Source: an uncultured bacterium (lineage in GTDB: Bacteria > Hydrothermota > Tepidihabitantia > Tepidihabitantales > Tepidihabitantaceae). From it: DNA of 64,000 nucleotides. Shown piece by piece: positions 1-9,157 of the stretch. The notes beneath the pieces were generated by a model that was not told the DNA's origin, did not search any database, and saw only the letters and a list, made by a program, of their open reading frames with translations. The stretch is taken from the NCBI GenBank assembly GCA_964626075.1, contig CAZVDD010000011.1:12566-76565 (forward strand). The letters are read 5' to 3'. The number at the start of each line of letters is the position of its first letter. Position 1 is the stretch's first letter. The translations under genes were made by a program, and so were the position numbers.

Positions 1-1336
1 TTGGCAGGACCACGGAGAATTCTGAACCCTTGCCTGGTGTGCTTTCAACGCGAATTTTACCCTGATGTAGTTCGACGATATGTTTAACAATTGCCAGTCC
101 CAAACCGGTTCCCCCACTTTGTCTGGAACGGGAGCGGTCAACAACATAGAATCGCTCAAAAATTCTCGGGATGTGTTCGGCGGCAATGCCAATGCCCGTA
201 TCCTGAATCGAAATCACTACTTGGTCATCTACCACCTTAACACGCAGAGACACGGTGCCTTTTTCGGTGTATTTGATTGCGTTATCCAGCAGGTTGATAA
301 GTGCCTGCTCTAACCGCAGTCCGTCACCTTTTATCACCGGTGGTGGTTCGGGTATCTCTTGTATTAGTTTCAAACCCTTCCTTTTTGCCGCGTTCTCAAA
401 GATGGCGAGAACATTATTCGCGATGGTTTTCAGATTGACATCCTCCCAATAGAGCTTGACATTCGGATGTTCCAGCGCCGAGAGGTTGAGTAAATCCTGA
501 ACAAGGTTGATTAAGCGTTCGGTATGACGGCGGACAATTTGCAGATAAACCGCATTGTTTTCATCGGCAGTTTCCTCCATCGTTTCAATATAGCCCTTAA
601 TTGCGGTTAAGGGTGTTTTTAGTTCGTGTGAGACACTGGCAACAAAATCTCTTTTAATTTTTTCCGTGGTGACGATTTCGGTAATATCGGTAAAAGTCAG
701 AACGCGCTGGCCGGTATCGGATAAATGGACGGCGCTACAGAGAAATGTCTTTGAATTGAACTCAATTTCACCGAAGGCGGTGGTTTGTCCTGAAGTTAAT
801 TGTTGGAGCAGGTTTGAGAGCTGCGGAGTGCGAATAACTTCCCAGTAAAATTTGCCCGTGGCCCGTTCTCCATTCAAAAACTGTTGGAATTTATTATTCA
901 CGGCAACGATTTTATTTTGACGGTCCAGAATTAACAACCCTTCTTGTGATGTGTCGAACATGGCATCCCACCACGCTTTTTTCTGTCGTAATTGGACGAT
1001 TTCTTCATCAATGCGATTGGTAGTCTGGTTTAACACATTAAACAGGCGGGTGACTATTCCCAAACGGACCGGCGGAGACGGCACGGAAGTCTGACCGGAG
1101 CCGAGGCGGACGCATATCTCTTCAATTGCAACAGCCAGGGTCTGCAGCCGGGAAAACAGAATCCAGGCACTTAATATCGATACGACTATCAGGACGATGC
1201 TCGCGATTACCAGAACCGTTACTGTTGGTAGTTTAAGCAGGAAAAGGATTAACAAAACAGCAGCCGGAAGGCCGGCAACGATGAGATATCTACCGAGGAT
1301 GTGCAAGAAAAGCTGCTTCTCTGGTTTAAGATTCAC
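1..1336 (-). CDS. phoR: Sensor histidine kinase, PhoR-like. The C-terminal few residues run off the window edge.
   Basis: The reverse-strand frame is open from a GTG at about 1336 to the window edge. Its translation has an N-terminal TM helix, a PAS-like segment and a HisKA box (SVSHELKTPLT). It also has an HATPase_c domain (DTGIGI, GGTGLGLAIVK). It lies immediately downstream of phoB. Confidence 0.8.
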   Translation of the reverse strand, partial: MNLKPEKQLFLHILGRYLIVAGLPAAVLLILFLLKLPTVTVLVIASIVLIVVSILSAWILFSRLQTLAVAIEEICVRLGSGQTSVPSPPVRLGIVTRLFNVLNQTTNRIDEEIVQLRQKKAWWDAMFDTSQEGLLILDRQNKIVAVNNKFQQFLNGERATGKFYWEVIRTPQLSNLLQQLTSGQTTAFGEIEFNSKTFLCSAVHLSDTGQRVLTFTDITEIVTTEKIKRDFVASVSHELKTPLTAIKGYIETMEETADENNAVYLQIVRRHTERLINLVQDLLNLSALEHPNVKLYWEDVNLKTIANNVLAIFENAAKRKGLKLIQEIPEPPPVIKGDGLRLEQALINLLDNAIKYTEKGTVSLRVKVVDDQVVISIQDTGIGIAAEHIPRIFERFYVVDRSRSRQSGGTGLGLAIVKHIVELHQGKIRVESTPGKGSEFSVVLP

Positions 1337-1345
1337 AATGTGGCT

Positions 1346-2080
1346 TTAAAGTTCGAGTTTATACCCGACCCCGCGGATATTGCGTATCAGTTCGCCCGCT
1401 TTGCCCATTTTTTTTCGCAGGTGCTGAATATGGACATCAATAGTGCGGTCTAATATCGGTTTGTCATATCCCCACAGTTCATCAATAATCTGTTCCCTGG
1501 TAAAAACCCAGCCGGGTTTCGCTGCCAATACCATTAAAATCCGGAACTCGGTAGCGGTGAGGTCAATTTTCCTACCCGCCGCGGTTACTTCATGCTTTTT
1601 AGGATAAATAATCAATTCCGTACCAACGGTAATTTTTTCGTCGGCGGTTATTTGTTCCTGCCGCCGCAGTACCGCGCGAACACGGGCAACAACCTCTTTG
1701 GGCGAAAACGGTTTCGTAATGTAGTCATCAGCACCTAACTCTAAACCGGTAACACGGTCCGATTCTTCGCCGCGCGCGGTAAGCATAATTATCGGTATCG
1801 AGGCGAACCGTGGTTCCTGCTTGAGAAAACGGCAGATATCAATACCATCGACATCCGGGAGCATAAGGTCAAGGATTATCAGATGCGGCATCGTCTTTTC
1901 GAGGAATTGATAAAGCTCGGCGCCGCTTGTCATCTTTTTGACGCTAAAACCCGATTTTGTCAGGTGGAGGGATAGTAGTTCAAGAATATCCGGTTCGTCG
2001 TCCACGATTGCAATAAGTCGAGTTCGGGAAAGGGGCGTTTGTTCCTGTTTTTTATCAGGTGGGGAATTCACATTTGCCAT
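1346..2080 (-). CDS. phoB: OmpR-family phosphate-regulon response regulator
   Basis: 244 aa with an REC domain (IAIVDDEPDI, LDLMLPDVDG) and a winged-helix C-terminus (GVGYKL). It sits between phoU and the kinase and overlaps phoU by 26 nt. Confidence 0.85.
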   Translation of the reverse strand: MANVNSPPDKKQEQTPLSRTRLIAIVDDEPDILELLSLHLTKSGFSVKKMTSGAELYQFLEKTMPHLIILDLMLPDVDGIDICRFLKQEPRFASIPIIMLTARGEESDRVTGLELGADDYITKPFSPKEVVARVRAVLRRQEQITADEKITVGTELIIYPKKHEVTAAGRKIDLTATEFRILMVLAAKPGWVFTREQIIDELWGYDKPILDRTIDVHIQHLRKKMGKAGELIRNIRGVGYKLEL

Positions 2081-2723
2081 GTTTGATTACCGCTCCGGTC
2101 ACTGCATAAACCACATCTTCGGAGATATTGGTTGCGAGGTCGGCAATGCGTTCCAAATTCAAAGATATGAGCATGAGTTTTAATGACCGGTCAATGGTTG
2201 TAGCATCACTGGTCATATAAGTGATAAGTTCGCGGTTAATCTGGTCTTTCAACGAATCAACAATTGAGTCGCGGGCACAGACCTGGCGCGCCAGTGCGGC
2301 ATCTTTTTTTGTAAAGGCATCGAGACTGTCGCTCAGCATTTGAATTGTATGTTGCGCCATGCGGGGGAGGTCAATGAGCGGTTTTACCGCTGGACGCGGG
2401 ATAAGGAACAACGCAGCCTCGGCGATGTTAACCGCGTGGTCGCCGATGCGCTCCAGGTCATTATTTATTTTAATAATCATCGTAATGGTACGGAGATTAG
2501 ACGCCTCAGGTTGATGCAGGGCAATGAGGTTAATGGCGGTATCTTCAATTTCGATCTCCTCTTGGTTGATTTTCGGTTCAATCTCATTGATAACCTTTTC
2601 AGCCAGTTGGTGGTCTTTTGTCACCAGTGCCTGAACACTGCTGTCGACCATATTTTCTACTGCGGCCGCCATTGCCAGCAGTTTTTCTTTTAGGGCAGCG
2701 ATTTTTTCTTCGAGTAGTGTCAT
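2055..2723 (-). CDS. phoU: Phosphate signalling complex protein PhoU
   Basis: 222 aa with two PhoU repeats (ERIGDHAVNIAE, ERIADLATNISE), directly after pstB. Confidence 0.9.
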   Translation of the reverse strand: MTLLEEKIAALKEKLLAMAAAVENMVDSSVQALVTKDHQLAEKVINEIEPKINQEEIEIEDTAINLIALHQPEASNLRTITMIIKINNDLERIGDHAVNIAEAALFLIPRPAVKPLIDLPRMAQHTIQMLSDSLDAFTKKDAALARQVCARDSIVDSLKDQINRELITYMTSDATTIDRSLKLMLISLNLERIADLATNISEDVVYAVTGAVIKHGKCEFPT

Positions 2724-2785
2724 TGTTCATTTCCTCTCTGTCACTATAATGATAACTAAATTTTTCCTTTGGACAAGTACCGACA

Positions 2786-3544
2786 TTAGCCAAATTTACC
2801 GGTTAGAAAATCTTCAGTGCGCTTATCCTGCGGCTTAGTAAAAATTCGTTCTGTCGGCCCGAACTCCACAAGTTCACCTAGCATTAAAAAGGCACAGTGG
2901 TCTGATACACGAGCCGCTTGTTGCAAGTTGTGGGTGACGATGACGATGGTGTAATATTTCTTCAACTGGACAATTAGTTCTTCCAGTTTCGCTGTAGAGA
3001 AGGGGTCAAGAGCTGAAGCCGGTTCATCAAGAAGTATTATTTCAGGACCGACAGCAAGACAACGAGCGATGCAGAGGCGCTGTTGTTGTCCGCCGGAGAG
3101 GGAAAAGGCGTTGTCTCCCAGCCGATGTTTAACTTCGTCCCAGAGGTTTGCCAACTGGAGTGCTTCTTTAACCCGGCGTGGCACCTCCGCACCCGACGCC
3201 AGGTTGTGGATTTTGATCCCGAAAGCGACATTTTCGAAAATTGATTTGGGGAAGGGATTCGGTTTCTGAAAAACCATACCCACCCGTTTGCGCAGTTCAA
3301 TAACATCGACCTTTTCTCGGAAAATATCTTCGCCATCAATCAGAATACTCCCGGTAATTCTCGTATCGGTTATGAGGTCGTTCATCCGGTTGATGCTGCG
3401 TAGCAAGGTGGATTTACCACAACCCGAGGGGCCCATAATGGCAGTTACTGTTCGGGGTAAAATAGTAAACGAGATATTTTTAAGAATGTGATTTGTCCCA
3501 AACCAGAGGTTTAGATTGCTGATCTCAATATGTCCTTTTTCCAT
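2786..3544 (-). CDS. pstB: Phosphate ABC transporter ATP-binding protein with fully canonical motifs
   Basis: Walker [11 protein letters not shown]-loop MVFQKPNPF, signature LSGGQQQRL, Walker B ILLDEP, H-loop VTHN, C-terminal GKFG. Confidence 0.9.
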   Translation of the reverse strand: MEKGHIEISNLNLWFGTNHILKNISFTILPRTVTAIMGPSGCGKSTLLRSINRMNDLITDTRITGSILIDGEDIFREKVDVIELRKRVGMVFQKPNPFPKSIFENVAFGIKIHNLASGAEVPRRVKEALQLANLWDEVKHRLGDNAFSLSGGQQQRLCIARCLAVGPEIILLDEPASALDPFSTAKLEELIVQLKKYYTIVIVTHNLQQAARVSDHCAFLMLGELVEFGPTERIFTKPQDKRTEDFLTGKFG

Positions 3545-3547
3545 ATT

Positions 3548-4447
3548 TTAAACCTGCCATTTGTTAGTTGCAGCAAAACGCATTCTCGTAAAAAAGGCGA
3601 TGATGTCAAACCCGAGTACGAAAATCAGTAATACAACTGCGGTCGCGAACGCAATCGGGCGAACTTTTGTAAGTTGGTCGTGCTGGGTTGCCAGAACAAA
3701 GATGTGATAGGGCAACGCCATAAACTTTTCCAGAGGCGAACGCGGAATTTGACGAGTAAAATAGGTTACGCCGGTGAAAAGGATGGGCGCTGTTTCACCC
3801 ACGGTGCGGGCGATAGCGAGAAGTACGCCGGTGAGAATGCCGGGGAATGCGTAAGGTAAAACATTGCGCCGGATTGACTCCCATTTAGTTGCACCCAGGG
3901 CGAGTGCTCCTTCTCGAAAAGAGTTGGGAATTGCCGTAATAGACTCCTCGACCGTTGTAATAATCCAGGGTAGACTCATCAAGCCGAGAGTTAATCCTGA
4001 AGCGAGTACCGAAAGGCCGATCTGGAACGCTCGAATAAATAAAGCGACGCCGAAAAGTCCGTAGACAATACTCGGAATACCAGCAAGGGCGCGGATTGAG
4101 CTGCGCATAACCTGAGTAATAGAGTTATTGGGTGCGTACTCGGCAAGATAGATACCGGAAAAGAGGCCGACTGGTACAGAAAAAAGGAGCGATATGAGAG
4201 TAACATATAATGTGCCGATGATACAGGGGAAAATTCCGCCGGCGGTCATTCCTTTCTCGGGTGGCTGGGTGAGGAATTTCCAGGATATCACATTGATACC
4301 GTTCTTGAATAAGTAGAACACCATAAAACCGATGAAAAGGATAAAAATTATTAAAGGGATGGCGAGGATAGCAAAGCCGATGTTACTGGGGAAATGCTTT
4401 TTGTTTAGCCGACGGTAATTTTCAGGCGGTGGCAAAGTTCTGTTCAT
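3548..4447 (-). CDS. pstA: Phosphate ABC transporter permease PstA
   Basis: 299 aa polytopic protein with an EAA-type loop. Its position follows pstC. Confidence 0.9.
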   Translation of the reverse strand: MNRTLPPPENYRRLNKKHFPSNIGFAILAIPLIIFILFIGFMVFYLFKNGINVISWKFLTQPPEKGMTAGGIFPCIIGTLYVTLISLLFSVPVGLFSGIYLAEYAPNNSITQVMRSSIRALAGIPSIVYGLFGVALFIRAFQIGLSVLASGLTLGLMSLPWIITTVEESITAIPNSFREGALALGATKWESIRRNVLPYAFPGILTGVLLAIARTVGETAPILFTGVTYFTRQIPRSPLEKFMALPYHIFVLATQHDQLTKVRPIAFATAVVLLIFVLGFDIIAFFTRMRFAATNKWQV

Positions 4448-5370
4448 AAAGTGAAACTCCTTTTTTCCCGTCTGATTAGCGATTCGGCGATTAAGTTGGT
4501 CGCTAAGGCGATAACAAAGAGAACAAAACCAAGTGCAAAAAGGCTAAAGAAGTGGATGGAATTGGCTGCGGTTTCGCCCAGTTCAATGGCGAGGGTTGTA
4601 GTAATGGTGCGAACCGGGTCAAAAAGCGAGCGGGGAATGATGGGTGCATTCCCCGCCACCATTAAAACTGCCATCGTTTCACCAATTGCCCGACCAAAGC
4701 CCAGCATCACCGCTGCCAGAATACCGGAGCGTGCTGCCGGTAGGATTACCTTGATTGCGGTAGTCCAGGGTGATGCTCCGAGGGCATACGCTGCTTCCCG
4801 ATAGGAGTGAGGGACCACGCGCAGGGCATCTTCGGATACTGATATAATAGTGGGGAGAGACATCACTGCAAGGATGATACTGGCGGTGAAAAGGTTCAAG
4901 CCGGATGAAAGGTTAAAAGTCCGAGCAATAAGGGGCGCCAGAACCACCAGTCCAAATAAGCCGATGACTACCGAGGGAAATCCGGCAAAGAGTTCCACTA
5001 CCATTTTAACACCGATGCGCACCCAACCGGTAAGTCTTTCCGCGATAAATATGGCACCGGCAATTCCCAGCGGAACTGAAATGGTGAGGGCAATTAGTGT
5101 TGTTAACAGACTGCCCAAGAATAACGGGATTAAACCGTAGTGTGGTTTGCCGTAGGCGTCAGGGTTCCAAACAGTTCCAAATAGAAACCCGAGTATTGTA
5201 AGCGGCCGGGATTCTGGGTCGCCGGGGTCAGTTCCCGGTGCTGGAATGAAAGCCCGTACGCCGTAGGAGAACAGAAAGAGAAGGATACCAAACAAGACCC
5301 CGGCGGCCAAAACAGCGTTAACAAAGAAGGTTATCCCTGCGAATCTGTCGATCTTCTTGCGCAGCCGCAC
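4444..5370 (-). CDS. pstC: Phosphate ABC transporter permease PstC
   Basis: 308 aa polytopic permease with a 4-nt overlap with pstA. Confidence 0.9.
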   Translation of the reverse strand: MRLRKKIDRFAGITFFVNAVLAAGVLFGILLFLFSYGVRAFIPAPGTDPGDPESRPLTILGFLFGTVWNPDAYGKPHYGLIPLFLGSLLTTLIALTISVPLGIAGAIFIAERLTGWVRIGVKMVVELFAGFPSVVIGLFGLVVLAPLIARTFNLSSGLNLFTASIILAVMSLPTIISVSEDALRVVPHSYREAAYALGASPWTTAIKVILPAARSGILAAVMLGFGRAIGETMAVLMVAGNAPIIPRSLFDPVRTITTTLAIELGETAANSIHFFSLFALGFVLFVIALATNLIAESLIRREKRSFTL

Positions 5371-5405
5371 AGGAACCTTCCTTTACTTTTACTTTTTATC
5401 GTTGC

Positions 5406-6266
5406 TCACTGCAGTATTTTATTGTTCTTTTCGATGTACGGTTGGGTGACGGCGACAAACCCTTCTTCCTCAACGATTTTCTGACCTTCCGGGCTCAGTT
5501 CAAACCGAATAAAATCGAGCACCTGACCTTTGGGTTTACCGTTGGTGTACTGATATAGAGGTCGGGTAAGAGGATAAGCACCGCTTTTCACATCGGCTTC
5601 GTTCAACGGAGAAATGTACTGGTCCTGGGAACTTTTTGCGACCGCTAAGGGTCTTATGCCCTCAACATTTCGAATGTATCCTAGCCCCACATAACCAATG
5701 CCCCCTTCGTCGTTTTTTACCGCATCAACAATCTGGGCGTTGCCGTTCATCTGCCGCATATAAGATGCGTACTCTCCTTTTACCACTTCTTCCCGGAAGA
5801 AGACGAATGTACCGGAGTTGGGTTGTCGGCCATAGAGGACGATTTTCTTGTTGGGACCGCCGACTTCGTTCCAGTTTTTAATTTCGCCGCGGTATATTGC
5901 ACCGATTTGCTGGACGGTAAGGTTCTTTACCGGATTCTTACTGTTGACGATAACCGCTAAGCCATCAAGGGCGATGACGATTTCCACCGGATTCACGCCC
6001 TGGGCGCGAGCCGCCGAAATTTCCTTTGATTTGATGGCGCGCGATGCGTTGGCGATATCGACCTCACGGTTGGTGATTGCGGTGATGCCGACACCGGAAC
6101 CACCACCCGCAACCGAAACAGTGACATCACCACGGACCGCTCCAAATCCCTCAGCAAGTCGCTGTACGAGGTTCAGCATTGTATCTGAACCCTTGACGAT
6201 AATTTCACCCGCGATGAGCGATGTGCTCAGGGCAAAGGTTGTTATTAACGCAAGAAGTTTTTTCAT
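5406..6266 (-). CDS. pstS: Phosphate-binding protein PstS (periplasmic substrate-binding protein)
   Basis: 286 aa with a signal peptide and a PBP-fold phosphate-binding region (SVAGGGSGVGI). It heads pstCAB. Confidence 0.85.
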   Translation of the reverse strand: MKKLLALITTFALSTSLIAGEIIVKGSDTMLNLVQRLAEGFGAVRGDVTVSVAGGGSGVGITAITNREVDIANASRAIKSKEISAARAQGVNPVEIVIALDGLAVIVNSKNPVKNLTVQQIGAIYRGEIKNWNEVGGPNKKIVLYGRQPNSGTFVFFREEVVKGEYASYMRQMNGNAQIVDAVKNDEGGIGYVGLGYIRNVEGIRPLAVAKSSQDQYISPLNEADVKSGAYPLTRPLYQYTNGKPKGQVLDFIRFELSPEGQKIVEEEGFVAVTQPYIEKNNKILQ

Positions 6267-6292
6267 TTTATTGCCTCCTTTGACTTACTTAT

Positions 6293-7483
6293 TTATAGTT
6301 CTGGTTTATTGATTATCGTGCTCCACTCAAACCGCACCTGGGCGAGCAGAACATCGGTTGGTTTTAACTCGGTATTTTTGGGTTGAGTTCTGGTCCAGGC
6401 AAACTGAAACTCAAGACCGGGTTTGCCTTTTTCCCGCCGCATGAAATGGTAATTAAACCCAGCACCGTAGCGGATGAAACTTTTATCTTTATTGAGTTGC
6501 ATTTCATTGTCGTGTTCCTCTTTACGGTCCCACAGTGAGAAGCGGCCGAAAATTTCTAAGGTTCGTTTTGCAAGAGTAACCGTCGGCACAAGGTCTAACC
6601 CGCTGAACGAGTATTTCTTTGTCTTTTCGTTTAAGGTGGAGTCAACAACTGCGCCGGCACTGTCAAAGTTGATTTTGTAGTAACTGAAAAAGCGGGTGTA
6701 GTTGTAATTGATGTATTCGCCGAGCAGAGATACTGGGCCGTAAGCTAGTTTGAACATCGGGGCAAGGGCAAAACGATTTTTATTTGCCGTGTCAGCATTC
6801 ATAAAAAAAGTGCTACCGGATTGAGTCGTTCTGCCTTTTTTATCGTTTTTGTAATGACTCTGGTCAGCGGCATTTGTGAACATTGAGACGCCCAAAGCGA
6901 TGCCGGGGAATGGTGTGAGTCGAACATTGCCGAGTAGTTCGGGGGATAAGTTGACATACTTACCAGCGTACTTATAGCCTTCGCCGTTATAGACACCCAG
7001 TTGCAGTTCTCCCAGACCAGATGGGAGATAGCCGTTGATGGTCAATCCGTAGTCGGCTGATGCGCAAATCCCCTGGTCATCGGCGAGAGATTTTTCCGGA
7101 TGGGTGTAATCCCAGGAGTAGATAAGTCCAAAGTAGTGTTTCTGCAAACCGGCGGTGAAATTGAAATCGCGCACTACGGGCATTGCGATGTCGGCGTAAG
7201 CCTCTTTTAGCCGGACAGTAGCTCCTTCGGGGTATTTGTCTGATGAGAAGATGTCGACGGTCATTTTGGTAAAGAAGGGCGGGGCCCACTGGTAAGAAAA
7301 CCGGAGATAACCCCGTTCCAGAGAGAAGCGACTGACGCTCGGGTCGGTAATTTTGAATTCTGATGATTGGTTGGTGTAGCGGAACCAGCCGTTGTGTTCA
7401 AGCTCGGTTTGCCCTGGGTCAAGGGCGAACAGCGCGGCGGTGAAAATTGCCACCGCAAGCAGGACGATAGATTTACGTGACAA
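6293..7483 (-). CDS. Outer-membrane beta-barrel, phosphate-selective porin O/P-like. The start was re-called to a TTG preceded by AAGGAGG.
   Basis: The track ORF starts at 7513. However, AAGGAGG followed by a 6-nt spacer and TTG lies at about 7483, giving M-SRKSIVLLAVAIFTAALFA (signal peptide). The protein is about 396 aa, rich in alternating aromatic/hydrophilic beta-strands. It sits immediately upstream of pstS and behind a Pho-box-like array. Confidence 0.5.
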   Translation of the reverse strand: MSRKSIVLLAVAIFTAALFALDPGQTELEHNGWFRYTNQSSEFKITDPSVSRFSLERGYLRFSYQWAPPFFTKMTVDIFSSDKYPEGATVRLKEAYADIAMPVVRDFNFTAGLQKHYFGLIYSWDYTHPEKSLADDQGICASADYGLTINGYLPSGLGELQLGVYNGEGYKYAGKYVNLSPELLGNVRLTPFPGIALGVSMFTNAADQSHYKNDKKGRTTQSGSTFFMNADTANKNRFALAPMFKLAYGPVSLLGEYINYNYTRFFSYYKINFDSAGAVVDSTLNEKTKKYSFSGLDLVPTVTLAKRTLEIFGRFSLWDRKEEHDNEMQLNKDKSFIRYGAGFNYHFMRREKGKPGLEFQFAWTRTQPKNTELKPTDVLLAQVRFEWSTIINKPEL

Positions 7484-7535
7484 GGTTGCCTCCTTTATAA
7501 GGTTTTTAGACATCGCTAAAAATGGTACGGGCAGA

Positions 7536-7575
7536 AAGTTAAATGGATATAACCCTTTGGTTAATTTTTGGTTAA
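7536..7575 (-). promoter_or_regulatory. Pho-box-like array of four 7-nt direct repeats at exact 11-bp periodicity, upstream of the porin-pst-phoU-phoBR operon
   Basis: The minus strand reads TTAACCAaaaaTTAACCAaaggGTTATATccatTTAACTTtctg. The repeats start at plus-strand 7569, 7558, 7547 and 7536. The array is about 50-90 nt upstream of the re-called porin start, which is the architecture of PhoB-bound promoters. Confidence 0.5.
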
Positions 7576-7634
7576 CTCGTTCGGTGGTATAATGGTAAAA
7601 GCGAATTCCGGCTAACTAACTAAAAATCAATTTA

Positions 7635-8411
7635 TTAGCCGAATTTTCCCGAGATGTAGTTTTCTGTGTCAGGGTGTTTTGGTTTGGTAAAAATCTGGCT
7701 GGTTGTGCCGAACTCTATCAGGCGTCCCAGAAGCATAAATCCGGTGAAGTCCGAAACCCGTGCCGCTTGTTGCATATTGTGGGTGACGATGATAATGGTG
7801 TATTTCTCCCGGAGCTGGCGGAGTAGTTCTTCAATGTGCAGAGTGGCAATTGGGTCGAGAGCCGAGCAGGGTTCGTCAAGAAGCAGGACTTCGGGCTCAA
7901 CTGCCAGTAAACGGGCGATGCAGAGGCGCTGGCGTTGTTCGTCGGTAAGGGTTAAGGCATTTTTGTGGAGGTGGTCTTTGAGTTCGTCCCAGAGGCGAAC
8001 AGCCCGCAAACTGCGTTCAACGATTTCGGCAAGTCGAGAGTGACGCCTTTCACCGTGGATTCGTGGACCATAGGCAACATTGTCAAACACCGAGAACGGG
8101 AAGGCGTTAGGTCGTTGAAAAACCATGCCGACGCGCTGGCGCAGCTCCAGGACATTGAGTCGGTAAATATCGACGCCGTCAAGGAGAATTTCTCCCCGGA
8201 TGCGAGCACCTTCAATCAGTTCGTTCATCCGGTTGAAACTACGTAAGAGGGTAGATTTACCACAACCAGAAGGCCCGATAATTGCGGTGATGGCACACGG
8301 AGGGAAGTTGATGTTAACATCCTGAACCGCCCGAAAAGCGCCATAAAACACATTGAGGTTTTTAGTCTGAATTTTTGCGTTGGCGGTGGTTAACATCGTT
8401 TTGCTCCTCAA
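7635..8411 (-). CDS. pstB: PstB paralogue (PstB2a) with an intact ATPase core but a degenerate ABC signature
   Basis: Walker [11 protein letters not shown]-loop MVFQRPNAF, Walker B LLLDEP and H-loop VTHN are canonical. The signature reads LTDEQRQRL instead of LSGGQQQRL. Confidence 0.85.
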   Translation of the reverse strand: MRSKTMLTTANAKIQTKNLNVFYGAFRAVQDVNINFPPCAITAIIGPSGCGKSTLLRSFNRMNELIEGARIRGEILLDGVDIYRLNVLELRQRVGMVFQRPNAFPFSVFDNVAYGPRIHGERRHSRLAEIVERSLRAVRLWDELKDHLHKNALTLTDEQRQRLCIARLLAVEPEVLLLDEPCSALDPIATLHIEELLRQLREKYTIIIVTHNMQQAARVSDFTGFMLLGRLIEFGTTSQIFTKPKHPDTENYISGKFG

Positions 8412-9157
8412 CCGATGCGTCCGGAGATGTAGTCATCGGTGCGTTTGTCTGCCGGGCGGGTGAAGATGATTTCCGCTGAGTTTACTTCAATCAGTTGACC
8501 GGCGAGAAAAAAAGCAACCCGGTCCGAGACCCGTGCCGCCTGTTTGACATTGTTTGTTACGAGAATGAAAGTGTAGCGGTTTTTTAACTGGCGCATAGCA
8601 TCTTCAATCTGCGCCGTGGAGATAGGGTCGAGGCCCGAACAAGGTTCATCCATCATTACAACCTCGGGGTCAAGGGCGAGGGTGCGAGCGATGCAGAGCC
8701 TTTGCTGCTGACCGCCAGAGAGTCGCAGTGCCGAAGTGTCGAGGCGGTCTTTTACCTCATCCCAGAGGAAGGCAGCACGCAGCGTGTGTTCGACAATCTC
8801 GGTTAGTTTTCTTTTGTTGCGAATGCCCTTGAGCCGGGGGCCGTAGGCGATGTTGTCAAAGATGGTGCCCGGTAGTGGAATCGGAGTGGCAAATATGAGT
8901 CCAACCCGCCGACGTAATGTTTCGATATCCCAATTAAGTACATCTTTACCATCAAGGAGTAGTTTACCGGTTCGGCTAAACCCGGGCTGGGTTTCAATCA
9001 ACCGGTTAATAGTTCGTAAAAGGGTCGTCTTGCCGGAGTGAGCCGGACCGATAATGGAGAAAATTTCATGTTCCAAGATGGTGAGGTTGATGTTGGCAAG
9101 AATTGATTTGCCATCAGCGGTAACAGAGAGGTTTTGAATGGTAATTTTCTCGTTCAT
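8408..9157 (-). CDS. pstB: PstB paralogue (PstB2b) with a canonical signature but degenerate Walker A, Q-loop and H-loop
   Basis: Signature LSGGQQQRL and Walker B VMMDEP are intact. Walker A is GPAHSGKTT (G4 to H). The Q-loop is LIFATP (Q to A). The H-loop is VTNN (H to N). There is a 4-nt overlap with pstB2a. Confidence 0.85.
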   Translation of the reverse strand: MNEKITIQNLSVTADGKSILANINLTILEHEIFSIIGPAHSGKTTLLRTINRLIETQPGFSRTGKLLLDGKDVLNWDIETLRRRVGLIFATPIPLPGTIFDNIAYGPRLKGIRNKRKLTEIVEHTLRAAFLWDEVKDRLDTSALRLSGGQQQRLCIARTLALDPEVVMMDEPCSGLDPISTAQIEDAMRQLKNRYTFILVTNNVKQAARVSDRVAFFLAGQLIEVNSAEIIFTRPADKRTDDYISGRIG

